From the NCBI GenBank assembly GCA_003222535.1, contig QHWJ01000238.1:5270-69269 (forward strand): a DNA stretch of 64,000 nt. The letters run 5' to 3'. Shown here piece after piece: positions 1 to 11,277 of the stretch (position 1 is the stretch's first letter; the number at the start of each line of letters is the position of its first letter). This DNA is from Acidobacteriota bacterium. Its GTDB lineage: Bacteria > Acidobacteriota > Vicinamibacteria > Vicinamibacterales > CAVVIG01. A program made the translations under genes and the position numbers. The notes beneath the pieces were generated by a model that saw nothing but the letters and a program-made list of their open reading frames with translations, was not told where the DNA came from and searched no databases.

Positions 1-267
1 GGATGAGCTGAAACCATTTTCATCCCCATCCACGACTTCTGCCGATCCTGCCCGTAGTGCTCGTCCTGCCTGCCTGCTTCCTGCCGCCGCCGTTTTCGGG
101 CGCGACTGTATGGGACAAGCCCCAGTCTGGTGACCGTTGAGGTCGTCTCCTGCCCGCTCAGGTGCCTCCGCGGCCCGTTCGCTGAAAATGTAATCGCCAC
201 AAGCCCTTTCTCGTCTACCATCTACAGGATTTTCGAGGCCGCATCTGGCCTCGTGAGGAGACGCCTC

Positions 268-2382
<2,115 letters not shown>

Positions 2383-2383
2383 A

Positions 2384-2459
2384 GACTGGGGGCTGGGGAC
2401 TGGGGACTGGGAACTGCCGATCGTGTAATTCTGAATTCAGAATTCTGAATTCAGAATTC
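2384..2459. repeat. Periodic G-rich array (CTGGGGA x~4) followed by a GAATTC-based palindrome; probable bidirectional terminator
   Basis: The sequence gactgggggctggggactggggactgggaactg is followed by aattctgaattcagaattctgaattcagaattc, which is self-complementary. It lies between convergent stops at 2382 (+) and 2480 (-). Confidence 0.8.
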
Positions 2460-2479
2460 GCAAGGGCGCGGTTGAGGAA

Positions 2480-3472
2480 TCAGCCGCGCCCCTGTTTCTT
2501 GTCCGCGTAGTAGCGCGCCACGCACTGGTCCATCACCCAGGAGGCGCGCGCGCCGCTCTCGCCGGTGGATTCACATCGGCCGCAGCCGCCGAGCTCGTCG
2601 ACGATCGACTGAATGAGCGGTTGGTGCACGTGCGGCGGGTTGCGGATGGGCAGCACATCGGTGCCCCCTGCCCGCGAGACGAGCACGTCGCCGTCAATGA
2701 AGATCGGCGTCGTCAACACGCCGGCCGAGCCCGTGAAGACGAGCCGGTCGGCCGTTTCACCGGCGTTGAAATTCCAGACGCCCGTCCCGACGATGTCAGG
2801 GCCGATCTGAAAGGCTGCGGCGGTGGCGTCTTCAGCCGCATAGGTGCCGCCGCTGTTCACGGCGAAGCCCGACACCGCCCGGACGCGGCCTGCAAGAAAG
2901 TCGACCAGATCGAAGCAATGCGATGCGAGGTCGAGGAACGGGCCGGCGCCCGCGATCTCGGGATTGAACCGCCAGGCCCGGGCAGCGGCGCCCGTGGCCA
3001 GACGATCCGTGACGTGGACGTGAACGGCCGTCAGCCGTCCGATGGCACCATCGGCCAGCAGCTCGCGAACCTTCAGGAATCGCGGCAGCGCCCGGCGATA
3101 GTACGCCACCCAGAGCGGCAGCGCGCGCGCGTGGAAGGCCGCGACCATCTGCAGGCACTCGGCGTGATTCATCGCCATCGGTTTCTCGACGAGACACGGC
3201 TTGCCCGCGGCGGCGACGGCCAGCGCCAGCTCGCGATGGCTCGAGGGCGGCGTCGCCACATAGACGGCGTCCACATGCGGATCGGCGATGAGATCCTCGG
3301 CCAGCCCGTGGACCCGCTCCACGCCGTGCCGCCGTGCGAAGTCCTCAGCCCTGGCGCGGTCCCGCCGCATCACGGCGACCAGCGACGAACGATCGGCCTT
3401 CTGGAACCCGGGGCCGCTTTTGACCTCCGCGACGTCACCGCACCCGATGATGCCCCATCGGATCAGGTCCAT
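2480..3472 (-). CDS. Gfo/Idh/MocA family oxidoreductase
   Basis: ORF 2480..3505. The N-terminal Rossmann motif MDLIRWGIIGCGDVA starts at the ATG at 3472 (an alternative start is 3505). The EKP motif (LVEKPMA) is typical of the family. Confidence 0.85.
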   Translation of the reverse strand: MDLIRWGIIGCGDVAEVKSGPGFQKADRSSLVAVMRRDRARAEDFARRHGVERVHGLAEDLIADPHVDAVYVATPPSSHRELALAVAAAGKPCLVEKPMAMNHAECLQMVAAFHARALPLWVAYYRRALPRFLKVRELLADGAIGRLTAVHVHVTDRLATGAAARAWRFNPEIAGAGPFLDLASHCFDLVDFLAGRVRAVSGFAVNSGGTYAAEDATAAAFQIGPDIVGTGVWNFNAGETADRLVFTGSAGVLTTPIFIDGDVLVSRAGGTDVLPIRNPPHVHQPLIQSIVDELGGCGRCESTGESGARASWVMDQCVARYYADKKQGRG

Positions 3473-3568
3473 GCCTGTACGGGCTGATTGTAAGGTGTCA
3501 GACAACAGGCAAAAGGGTTACATGTTCGCGGTGTCGCGGCCTTGCAGATCCGCGTACGCTCGGCTAAA

Positions 3569-3690
3569 GAGCCTGTGAAAAAATGCGACGTTTGAACGCA
3601 AAGCTCGCAGAGCCCGCTAAGAAATCCTTGGGCATCTCTTCTTTGCGGCCTTTGCGGTCGTTGCGTTGAACGTGATTTCTTCACAGCCTC
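3569..3690. repeat. About 120 bp palindromic intergenic element (CGCA-rich / TGCG-rich arm family)
   Basis: The left arm gagcctgtgaaaaaatgcgacgtttgaacgcaaagctcgcagagcc is an imperfect reverse complement of the right arm tttgcggcctttgcggtcgttgcgttgaacgtgatttcttcacagcctc. Related copies lie at 23555..23673, 25921..25957, 31106..31297 and 59401..59440. Confidence 0.75.
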
Positions 3691-3817
3691 TAAAGCCTTC
3701 GGGCTCCCACGAAAACAGGCGAAAAGCCTTCGCGCTCCGCCCAAACACCTCTACTGGTCGCGCCTCCCCGATGAAGCGAGCACGACGTCCTGAGCGAACC
3801 ACTTAATGGGCTCTAAC

Positions 3818-3936
3818 AGGCTGCTGAAAAAAGCCAGCCTGAGGGCAGAGGGCAAAGGGCTGATGGCTGAAATGCGCCTGTTTTAGCCATTAGCCCTCAG
3901 CGCTTAGCCCTGCAGGATGCGTTTTTCATCATCCTG
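3818..3936. repeat. Cluster of three small hairpins / GCCCTCA-related motifs
   Basis: Three hairpins are visible: ggctg..cagcc (3818-3841), gggctgatggctgaaa / ttttagccattagccc (3857-3896) and gcaggatg..catcctgc (3912-3936). The agccctcag motif is shared with the heptamer array at 26446. Confidence 0.5.
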
Positions 3937-3950
3937 CTAAACTAAGCGCC

Positions 3951-4243
3951 CTAACGCGTCGCGACGACCGCGATCACCTCGATCTCGAGCAGGAATTCCG
4001 GCCGTGCGAGGTGGACGGCCTGCGCCTTCATGTCACCCGCGCCGACGACCGCGCCGTCCTTGTCCAGCGCAATCTGACCGGAGATGTACACCGTTTTCGC
4101 GGGTCCGGTGACCTCGACGCGTGCGTATACCCCGTTGGCTTCGACAGGGCGGGCGGATTGCTGCGCTTCACCTGCGCGCCACGCGCCTGGGCAAACGCGA
4201 CGATTGGCAGGAGCACGAACATAACGGAAAGCGTGAGACGCAT
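3951..4243 (-). pseudogene. RidA/YjgF-like remnant (frameshifted and internally deleted)
   Basis: The ATG at 4243 opens a signal-peptide-like ORF (MRLTLSVMFVLLPIVAFAQA) that ends after 71 aa. A different frame encodes VEANGVYARVEVTGPAKTVYISGQIALDKDGAVVGAGDMKAQAV..LARPEFLLEIEVIAVVATR* (stop at 3951-3953). This carries the RidA SGQ and EIE.IA signatures but lacks about 50 central residues. Confidence 0.4.
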
Positions 4244-4341
4244 CGCGACCCCTCCTGTTGGCTGGCTGGCTTATTCTGCGTCAGAAAGGCGATCTCGAAA
4301 CCGCGGCTCCCGGCACGAAACCGGGCTTTTGGGGAGGCGAT

Positions 4342-5004
4342 CTACGGCTTTTTCCGCGGAGGCTTTGGCGCCGGCCCGGGGCGGTATTCCAGCGTCACGT
4401 TGCTGACGACCGCGATCGGGCGCCCGGGCTGCGAGTAGGTGGCGGCACCATCGATCCGTTCAACCGCCAGCTTTTCGCCAAGCAGGCTCACCTGCGCTTC
4501 GCCTTCAGGAATTGCGACCGTGATCGACTCGGCACCGGTCGGCGCAACCGCCTTGACGCCGCCGCCCGCGCCGCCGCCGACTCGATCGACCAGATCCCTG
4601 GCCGTGCGGAACTCGTTCTGCACCACCGCCCGGCTGATCAACGTGTTGTCCATCGTCAACACGCCGATTGTGGCCGTGTAGCGCGCGTAGGCGCGGCGCG
4701 CCTTCACCTGCTCTTCCGAGTAGGTGTGCAGGTTGTGCAGATCGAAGGTGAGCGTCGCGGCGCCCTGGTGCGGAGGAATCTGGATGAGCACTCCCGCTGA
4801 GGGGTCGCGCTCTGCCATCACTTCGCAGAACGCCAGCCTCGTCTTGACGCCGACGCCCAGCGGCGCCGGACACGTCATGTCGGGAGCGATCGTCCTGGGC
4901 GCGGCGGGAGGCGCCGGAGCCGGCCTGCGGACGGGCTTACGGGTCTGCGACCACACGGGAGCCGCGAACGCCAGAACCACGAGCAGGGTAGAAGCGCGAC
5001 GCAT
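4342..5004 (-). CDS. Hypothetical secreted protein
   Basis: 220 aa ORF with a clear signal peptide (MRRASTLLVVLAFAAPVWSQ) and Pro/Ala-rich linkers at both ends. No recognisable domain. Confidence 0.6.
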   Translation of the reverse strand: MRRASTLLVVLAFAAPVWSQTRKPVRRPAPAPPAAPRTIAPDMTCPAPLGVGVKTRLAFCEVMAERDPSAGVLIQIPPHQGAATLTFDLHNLHTYSEEQVKARRAYARYTATIGVLTMDNTLISRAVVQNEFRTARDLVDRVGGGAGGGVKAVAPTGAESITVAIPEGEAQVSLLGEKLAVERIDGAATYSQPGRPIAVVSNVTLEYRPGPAPKPPRKKP

Positions 5005-5036
5005 GAGATCAGTATAAGACGGCGCACGCGGCTCGG

Positions 5037-7415
5037 CTAATGACTGGCGACGGTTGCCTGCTTCAAGTTCGCGTCGAAGAAGTCTTCGACCCGATGCCAG
5101 GCGTCCCGCAGCACGTGCTCGCGCGTGAAGTAGTGGAACTCCCCGGGATACGTCATAAACGAGACCAGATCGCCCTTCCCCTTCTTCAGCAGCTCGTCAA
5201 TGAGGCGGACCGAATGAAGGTAGGGGACGTTCACGTCGGACGTGCCATGCAGCACGAGCAGCGGGCGTGCGAGCCGATCAACGTGCGACAAGGGAGACGC
5301 CTGCGCGTACACCTTCGGATTCTGCTCGGGCGTGCCGATGCGGCTGACCGTCCAGCCGCCATGGTACGGATCCTCGTAGTACATCGCGTAGTCGGCGACG
5401 CCGGCGACGTCGACCGCGGCGCGATAGAGCGTCGGCTGGTCGGTGACGGCGATCAGCGTGAAGAAGCCGCCGTAGCTCAGACCCCAGATGCCGACGCGAT
5501 CCATGTCGACGTACGGCAGCGTCTTCAGGTAGTTCGTCACCATCCACGCGTCCTTCGCGTCGTTGCCGCCGACGTCCATGTAGACGCCCTCGCGCCATGC
5601 CTTGCCGTACCCGATGCTGCCGCGATAGTCCGGCATGATCACCACGTAGCCCTTCTGGAGCAGGTACTGGTGGAAGCTGTAATACACGGCGTAATTGCGC
5701 TGCACGTGCCAGCCGTCGTACCCCTGGTTCACGCCGTCACCGTGAATCCAGACGATCGCCGGGTGCTTCTTCGCGCGATCGAGGTTCTTCGGCACGAACA
5801 GCCAGGCCGGCACCTTCTGACCGTCGGGACCGGCATAGCTCACCATCTCGGGCTCGACAAACGCCGCGCGATCCATCGCCGCGGGCATCGAGTCGGACAG
5901 GCGGACCGGTTTCGTGGTTGGCGAGCCTGCCGCCTCCGCGCCGGACGCGCTTGGGTGAGCCTCGCCGGGGCTCGCTGGCGTCGAAGACGAGCGAAGGCGG
6001 GAAAGGCCCGCCGGACGGACGTCGGCGATCCAAAGATCCGCGGAGTTGTGGGGATCGGTGTGCTGGAAGACGAGCCGCGTGCCGTCGGGCGACCACTGCG
6101 GCGCGATGTCGGTGCCGCGGCCGCGGGTGATCGCCTCTATCGTGGCGCGCGCCGGGTCGGATCCGATCGTGGCGACGTAGAGATGACGATCGCCGTAGTG
6201 ATCCGGCTCGTTCGCGTCGAACGCGATGCGCGTGCTGTCCGGCGACCACTGGGGACGCCACGCTTCGAAGCGGCCTCTGGTAATCTGAATCGGCGACCCC
6301 GAAAGGGTCGCCCTACGATCGTTTTGCGGCGCTCCATCGACTGCCCTGCGGTCGTCTCGCGGCGCGCGCGAGTCGGGCGCGGGCATCACGTAGAGATGAT
6401 CCCAGCCGTCGCGATCGCTGAGGAACGCGATCCACTTACCGTCGGGTGACGGCTGCGATCCGCCGTTCGCGTCGCCGGTGATGCTCCAGAATTTTTCCTC
6501 GACGTCCTCGTGCAGCACTCTCGGCTCCCCTCCGCCGATGTCGACGAGCGTCGTCGTCCGCCGCTTGAAGTCGGCCGACGTGCGATCGACGAGGAAACGT
6601 CGCGCGTCGAGCCACCGGCGGCCGCCGAAGGCGCCGCCCTCCGCCAGCGGTCTGGGCGGACCGCCGGCGGCGGCGACGACGCTCGTGCCGCCCGGGACGT
6701 TTTCGCTGATCGTGTAGATGATTTTCGAGCCGGAGTACTGCGGCGTCTGCTCGTGCCGAATCGTGCGCGCGGCATCGTTGAACACAATCGATTGGCCGTC
6801 CGGCGACCAGCTCAGACCGCCAATCAGGTGGTTGTCCGCGCGGACCACGAGCGACTCGCGTCCGTCGGCGAGCGTGCGGACGATGAGGTCGCCTCCGCCG
6901 ACAGCGGCGCCACCACGCCCGGACGCGGCCGGAGCCGGAGCGCCTGGCGCGGGTGCGGCCTGCGACCGCACGAACGCAACGCGCGTTCCGTCAGGCGACA
7001 GCGTGATGCTCGATTCCGCCTGCGGTGTCGACCACACTGCGGCCGGCTCGCCGCCGCCGAGCGCGACCTGCCAGAGATCACCCTGGCGGGGGAAATACAC
7101 GCGCCGGCTGTCGGCGCTCCAGAACAATCCCGCGCCCTGGCCGTCGGCGAACCGGGTCAGCGCGCGCGCACCAGCGCGTCCCGAAGAAGGCGCGGCGTCC
7201 AGGTCAGCGACAAAAATGTTGGCGATGCCGGCGCGCTCCGACAAAAAGGCGACGTGCCGTCCGTCGGGCGACCAGACCGCGCTCGACGGATGGCGGATGT
7301 CGATCAACTGCTCGATCGTCAGCCGGCGCGCATCCGGCGGCTGCGGCCGCTGGGCCGCCAGCACGATGAACACCGTGACCGCCAGAGCCACGGCGATGGC
7401 GAGGAAGGATTTCAT
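5037..7415 (-). CDS. S9 family serine peptidase (prolyl oligopeptidase / DPP-like) with N-terminal TolB-like beta-propeller
   Basis: ORF 5037..7580. The likely start is the ATG at 7415 (MKSFLAIAVALAVTVFIVLAA signal/anchor). There are repeated WSPDG propeller motifs. The C-terminal alpha/beta hydrolase carries GLSYGG (GxSxGG). Confidence 0.9.
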   Translation of the reverse strand: MKSFLAIAVALAVTVFIVLAAQRPQPPDARRLTIEQLIDIRHPSSAVWSPDGRHVAFLSERAGIANIFVADLDAAPSSGRAGARALTRFADGQGAGLFWSADSRRVYFPRQGDLWQVALGGGEPAAVWSTPQAESSITLSPDGTRVAFVRSQAAPAPGAPAPAASGRGGAAVGGGDLIVRTLADGRESLVVRADNHLIGGLSWSPDGQSIVFNDAARTIRHEQTPQYSGSKIIYTISENVPGGTSVVAAAGGPPRPLAEGGAFGGRRWLDARRFLVDRTSADFKRRTTTLVDIGGGEPRVLHEDVEEKFWSITGDANGGSQPSPDGKWIAFLSDRDGWDHLYVMPAPDSRAPRDDRRAVDGAPQNDRRATLSGSPIQITRGRFEAWRPQWSPDSTRIAFDANEPDHYGDRHLYVATIGSDPARATIEAITRGRGTDIAPQWSPDGTRLVFQHTDPHNSADLWIADVRPAGLSRLRSSSTPASPGEAHPSASGAEAAGSPTTKPVRLSDSMPAAMDRAAFVEPEMVSYAGPDGQKVPAWLFVPKNLDRAKKHPAIVWIHGDGVNQGYDGWHVQRNYAVYYSFHQYLLQKGYVVIMPDYRGSIGYGKAWREGVYMDVGGNDAKDAWMVTNYLKTLPYVDMDRVGIWGLSYGGFFTLIAVTDQPTLYRAAVDVAGVADYAMYYEDPYHGGWTVSRIGTPEQNPKVYAQASPLSHVDRLARPLLVLHGTSDVNVPYLHSVRLIDELLKKGKGDLVSFMTYPGEFHYFTREHVLRDAWHRVEDFFDANLKQATVASH
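6292..6316. repeat. REP-like hairpin (GGCGACCCC-GAAA-GGGTCGCC-CTAC) inside the S9 peptidase CDS
   Basis: The sequence ggcgaccccgaaagggtcgccctac matches intergenic copies at 36415..36437 and at 53034..53132 (three copies). Here it is translated in frame as RRATLSGSP. Confidence 0.7.
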
Positions 7416-7711
7416 AACGGAGCAGTATACGACGCGACGATGGAGCCTCATCAAAGCGAACGCCTGCAATCCAACTTTTCGAACCGATACGGGCTTGTTG
7501 AGAAATTCACGAGAAAAGGCGATCGGCGGGACCCTCGGTTTGGTAAAGTCTGTGGTCGACGTAACGAAGCTTCGCCTCAAGACCGCCGAGTGACGATCCG
7601 CCGGCGAGCGAATCTTCGTTACCCCATCTTTCCTAGCGGGAGTTGGCTGAGGGACCGGCCCGAAGACGCCACGGCAAACCCGAAGTCGTTCAGGCTCAGG
7701 AGGAAGGCACT

Positions 7712-10603
7712 ATGAAACGGACTGTGAGTTTCTTCGCCGTGCTGATGGCCGTGGCGATCGCCACGCCGGCCAGCGCGCAGATTCAGACCGGCAGCATTCT
7801 CGTCAAGGCGACTGACGAGCAAGGGGGGGTCGTGCCCGGCGTGACGATCACGATCAGCAGTCCCGTGCTCGTCGCAGGATCCATGACTGGTGTCACGGAC
7901 GCCGGCGGCGTCAACCGGTTCCCCTCGCTCGTCCCGGGCACGTACGTCGTCAAAATCGAGCTCGCGGGATTCCAGACCATCATTCGCGAGAACATCCAGG
8001 TCCTCGTCGGGCAGACGACGCCCGTCGAGCTGTCGATGAAGCTCGCGAGCGTCGCCGAGACCATCACGGTCACCGGCGCCTCGCCGACCGTCGATACGAC
8101 GAGCGCGAATGTGGCGGTCAACCTGAGCGAGCAACTGATCCAATCGACCCCGGGCGGTCGCGACATCTGGGCGCTCCTCGAGTACAAGGTGCCCAGCCTG
8201 CTGATCACGCGCCCCGACGTGGGCGGCACCAACGGGGGCCTGCAGGGCACCTACAACGCCCGGGGCACCATGAGCACGCAGAACTCGCAGTACCTGAACG
8301 GCATCAACGTCGGCGATCCGAGCGCCATCGGTGCGGCCGGGTACTACTACGACTTCGATGCATTCGATGACATTCAGGTCTCGACCGGCGCGCACGACAT
8401 CACGGTGCCGACCGGCGGTGTGTTCCTGAACATGGTGACCAAGAGCGGCGGCAACCGGTGGGCCGGCCGCACGACGATCGCGTGGGAAGGCGACAAGACG
8501 CAGAGCCAGAACATCACGCCTGACCTGGGCAAGTACGGCTTCCTGCCGAACACCAACTCGGTGGACTACGTGTCCGACGTCAACGTCAGCGCCGGCGGCC
8601 CACTCGTCGCCAACAAGCTGCGCCTCTTCGGATCGCTGCGCGACTGGCGCGTCCACGTGAACGTGCCCGCGGCATTCTCGGCCAACGTGCTCGATCAGAC
8701 GAACATCGACTCGGGCTTGCTGAACCTCACGTATCAGCTCAACCAGAGCAACAAGCTCACCGGGTTCTACTCGCGGCAGCGCTACAGCAAGCCGAACCGC
8801 TTCCTCCAGGCGCCGACCACGACTCTCGTCAAGGACTCGACCAGCGACGAGGAGGACATCTTCAACGTGTACCAGGCGCTGTGGAACACGATCCCGACGA
8901 AGAATCTCTTCATCGACGCGCGCCTCGGGTACAACACGATCCTGTTCCCGACCTACCTCAACGGCAACGCCCAGTCGCTCACCGACAACGCGACCGGCAA
9001 CATCACCGGCAACTACACCGCGAACACCGTCCGCCACCGGCCACGCCTGCAGATCAATGCGACGGGGCAGTACTACGTCGATCAGGCGCTCGGCGGCCGT
9101 CACGAGTTCAAGTTCGGCTTCGACCAGACCCACGCCGCCGGCCGGGTCGAAACGACGCGCTTCGACGACGTGACGACGAACTGGAACAGCCAGACCGGAC
9201 TGGCGCAAAACGTCACGCTCTACGCGACGCCGTTCGCGACGGCCACGACGTTGAACGTGAGCGCGCTGTTCGTTCAGGACAGCTACTCCCTGAAGCGGCT
9301 CACCGTGACGGCCGGGGTGCGGTGGGAGTATCTGAACGGATACCTGCCCGATCAGTCGAGCCCCGAGACGCGGTGGACGGCGCTGGGCATTCCGGCGTTC
9401 GCGAATGTGCCGCGCTCTTTGTCGCAAACGGACGTCGTGACATGGAAGACGGCCGGCCCGCGTCTCGGTGCCGCGTACGACCTCACCGGCGACGGCAAGA
9501 CCGCTCTCAAAGCCTCGGCCGCGCGCTACTACTACACCATCTCGACCACCGGATTGCCGCTGGACAACGTGAACCCGAACTTCACGTACCAGGCGCAGTA
9601 CACGTGGAACGACGCGAATCGCGATCTCATTTTCCAGCCCGGCGAGCAGACCGGTTTGCCCGTCATCACCTCGGGCACGACGACGTCGGTCGATCCGGGG
9701 TATCGGCGGCCATATACCGACGAGTACGCGGGCGGCATCGATCGCGACCTCGGCCAGAACCTGAAGCTGAGCGTCGTCGCCACCTACCGACGCGAGAAGT
9801 ACCCGACGGCGACGTACAACCCGGCGTTCCCGTTCGCGACCACCCTTTCGACGCGCGCCGACACGGGGCCGGACGGCGTCGCGGGTACCGCGGACGACTC
9901 GACGCTCCAGTACTACAATCGGCTCTCCGCAACGAACCTGACGGTCGTCACCAACGATCCGACGTCGCTGCAGACCTACAAAGGTGTGGAAATCACCGGC
10001 ACGAAGCGGTTCTCGAACCGGTGGCAGATGCTGGCCGGGGTCACGCTCGCGAGAAGCGAGATCTCCGGGCTGAGCGTGAACACGACGCCCAACAGCCTGC
10101 TGAACGTCACGGGCCGCATCACGAGCCTGAACGCCACCACCACCGGATTAGGTACGGGCCAGACCGGCGATCACCCGTACATCTTCAAACTGACCGGCAC
10201 CTATGTGCTGCCGTTCCACGACGTCGCCGTGGCCGCGAACTTCCTCAGCCAGAGCGGCATTGCCTACACGCGCCAGGTGACAGGCATCCCGCTGACGGCT
10301 GGAGGCACGGCGAGCGTCAACGTCGAGCCGCTCGCCTCGCACCGGCTCGATCATCGCAATCAGCTGGACCTGCGGCTGTCGAAAACCGTCAAGCTCGGAG
10401 CGCGCGAGCTCGAAGGCGCCATCGACCTGTACAACGCCTTCAACGACAACAGCGTCTACGACGTGCGAACCGGCAGCGGCACGCTGACGTTCCTGCAGGA
10501 CGGCAATCCGAACGGCACGAGGAACGTGCTGCCGCAATTCGGGTCGCCGGCTTCGGTGCTGGCGCCAAGGATCGCGCGGTTCTCGGTGGCGTTCAAATTC
10601 TAG
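7712..10603 (+). CDS. TonB-dependent outer-membrane receptor with carboxypeptidase-regulatory-like N-domain (Oar-like)
   Basis: ORF 7643..10603. The ATG at 7712 follows AGGAGGA (7698-7704). The signal peptide is MKRTVSFFAVLMAVAIATPASAQ. It has a CarboxypepD_reg-like start (GSILVKATDEQGGVVPGVTITI), a long beta-barrel-like Asn/Thr/Gly-rich body and a C-terminal aromatic residue (..VAFKF*). Confidence 0.85.
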   Translation: MKRTVSFFAVLMAVAIATPASAQIQTGSILVKATDEQGGVVPGVTITISSPVLVAGSMTGVTDAGGVNRFPSLVPGTYVVKIELAGFQTIIRENIQVLVGQTTPVELSMKLASVAETITVTGASPTVDTTSANVAVNLSEQLIQSTPGGRDIWALLEYKVPSLLITRPDVGGTNGGLQGTYNARGTMSTQNSQYLNGINVGDPSAIGAAGYYYDFDAFDDIQVSTGAHDITVPTGGVFLNMVTKSGGNRWAGRTTIAWEGDKTQSQNITPDLGKYGFLPNTNSVDYVSDVNVSAGGPLVANKLRLFGSLRDWRVHVNVPAAFSANVLDQTNIDSGLLNLTYQLNQSNKLTGFYSRQRYSKPNRFLQAPTTTLVKDSTSDEEDIFNVYQALWNTIPTKNLFIDARLGYNTILFPTYLNGNAQSLTDNATGNITGNYTANTVRHRPRLQINATGQYYVDQALGGRHEFKFGFDQTHAAGRVETTRFDDVTTNWNSQTGLAQNVTLYATPFATATTLNVSALFVQDSYSLKRLTVTAGVRWEYLNGYLPDQSSPETRWTALGIPAFANVPRSLSQTDVVTWKTAGPRLGAAYDLTGDGKTALKASAARYYYTISTTGLPLDNVNPNFTYQAQYTWNDANRDLIFQPGEQTGLPVITSGTTTSVDPGYRRPYTDEYAGGIDRDLGQNLKLSVVATYRREKYPTATYNPAFPFATTLSTRADTGPDGVAGTADDSTLQYYNRLSATNLTVVTNDPTSLQTYKGVEITGTKRFSNRWQMLAGVTLARSEISGLSVNTTPNSLLNVTGRITSLNATTTGLGTGQTGDHPYIFKLTGTYVLPFHDVAVAANFLSQSGIAYTRQVTGIPLTAGGTASVNVEPLASHRLDHRNQLDLRLSKTVKLGARELEGAIDLYNAFNDNSVYDVRTGSGTLTFLQDGNPNGTRNVLPQFGSPASVLAPRIARFSVAFKF

Positions 10604-10613
10604 AAAGGGCGGG

Positions 10614-10675
10614 TAGGTCGCGTGGGTCGGGTAGGTCAGGTGCGACCAACCCGACCTACGTGACCCACCCGACCT
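10614..10675. terminator. 24-nt-arm inverted repeat; probable bidirectional terminator
   Basis: TAGGTCGCGTGGGTCGGGTAGGTC (10614-10637) pairs with GACCTACGTGACCCACCCGACCTA (10652-10675), with 3 mismatches and a 14-nt loop. It lies between convergent stops at 10603 and 10678. Confidence 0.65.
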
Positions 10676-10677
10676 AA

Positions 10678-11277
10678 TCAGTCTTCCCCCACGCAGGCGT
10701 ACCCCGTCGACTCGCGAATCCCCGGCACCGCACTCCGCAGCTTGATCAGCTCCAGGAATTCCATGCGCGTGCGCGCGTTGTTGCGGAAGGCGCCCTGCAT
10801 GGCGCTCGTCACCGCGAAGGAGTTCTGCTTCTCGACGCCGCGCATCGACATGCACAGGTGCGTCGCCTCCATGACGACGGCCACGCCGACCGGCGCGATC
10901 TTGTCGTGGATCGTGTCGGCGATCTGGTTCGTGAGCCGCTCCTGAACCTGGAGTCGGCGCGCGAAGACGTCGACCAGACGCGGGACCTTGCTGAGACCGA
11001 TCACTTTGTCGCTCGGGATATACGCGACGTGGCATTTGCCGAAAAACGGGAGCAGGTGGTGCTCGCACAGGCTGTAGAAGTCGATGTCCTTCACGATCAC
11101 CATCTCGCTATAATCGACCGTGAACAGGGCGTTGTTCACGACCTGGTCGATGTCCGCCCCGTATCCACTCGTGAGAAACTTGTACGCCTTCTCGACGCGT
11201 TTCGGCGTGTTGCGCAGGCCCTCGCGGTCGGGATCTTCGCCGAGGTCCGCCAGCAGCTTCCTGATCACATCCTGCAT
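10678..11277 (-). CDS. folE: GTP cyclohydrolase I
   Basis: 199 aa with the conserved core [22 protein letters not shown] and HLCMSMRGV. Confidence 0.95.
   Translation of the reverse strand: MQDVIRKLLADLGEDPDREGLRNTPKRVEKAYKFLTSGYGADIDQVVNNALFTVDYSEMVIVKDIDFYSLCEHHLLPFFGKCHVAYIPSDKVIGLSKVPRLVDVFARRLQVQERLTNQIADTIHDKIAPVGVAVVMEATHLCMSMRGVEKQNSFAVTSAMQGAFRNNARTRMEFLELIKLRSAVPGIRESTGYACVGED

Noticed and set aside
7416-7711. Possible cobalamin or other riboswitch in the 296-nt leader upstream of the TonB-dependent receptor.
   Set aside because: I could not find the B12-box or other conserved riboswitch cores by eye. The region is a divergent promoter spacer. This is left unclaimed pending an Infernal scan.
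7619-9427. 602-aa ORF on the minus strand, antisense to the TonB-dependent receptor.
   Set aside because: The composition is Arg/Gly/Ala/Val-rich with no motifs. This is typical of open antisense frames in GC-rich DNA. The + strand gene has a signal peptide, an RBS and an OMP-like C-terminus.
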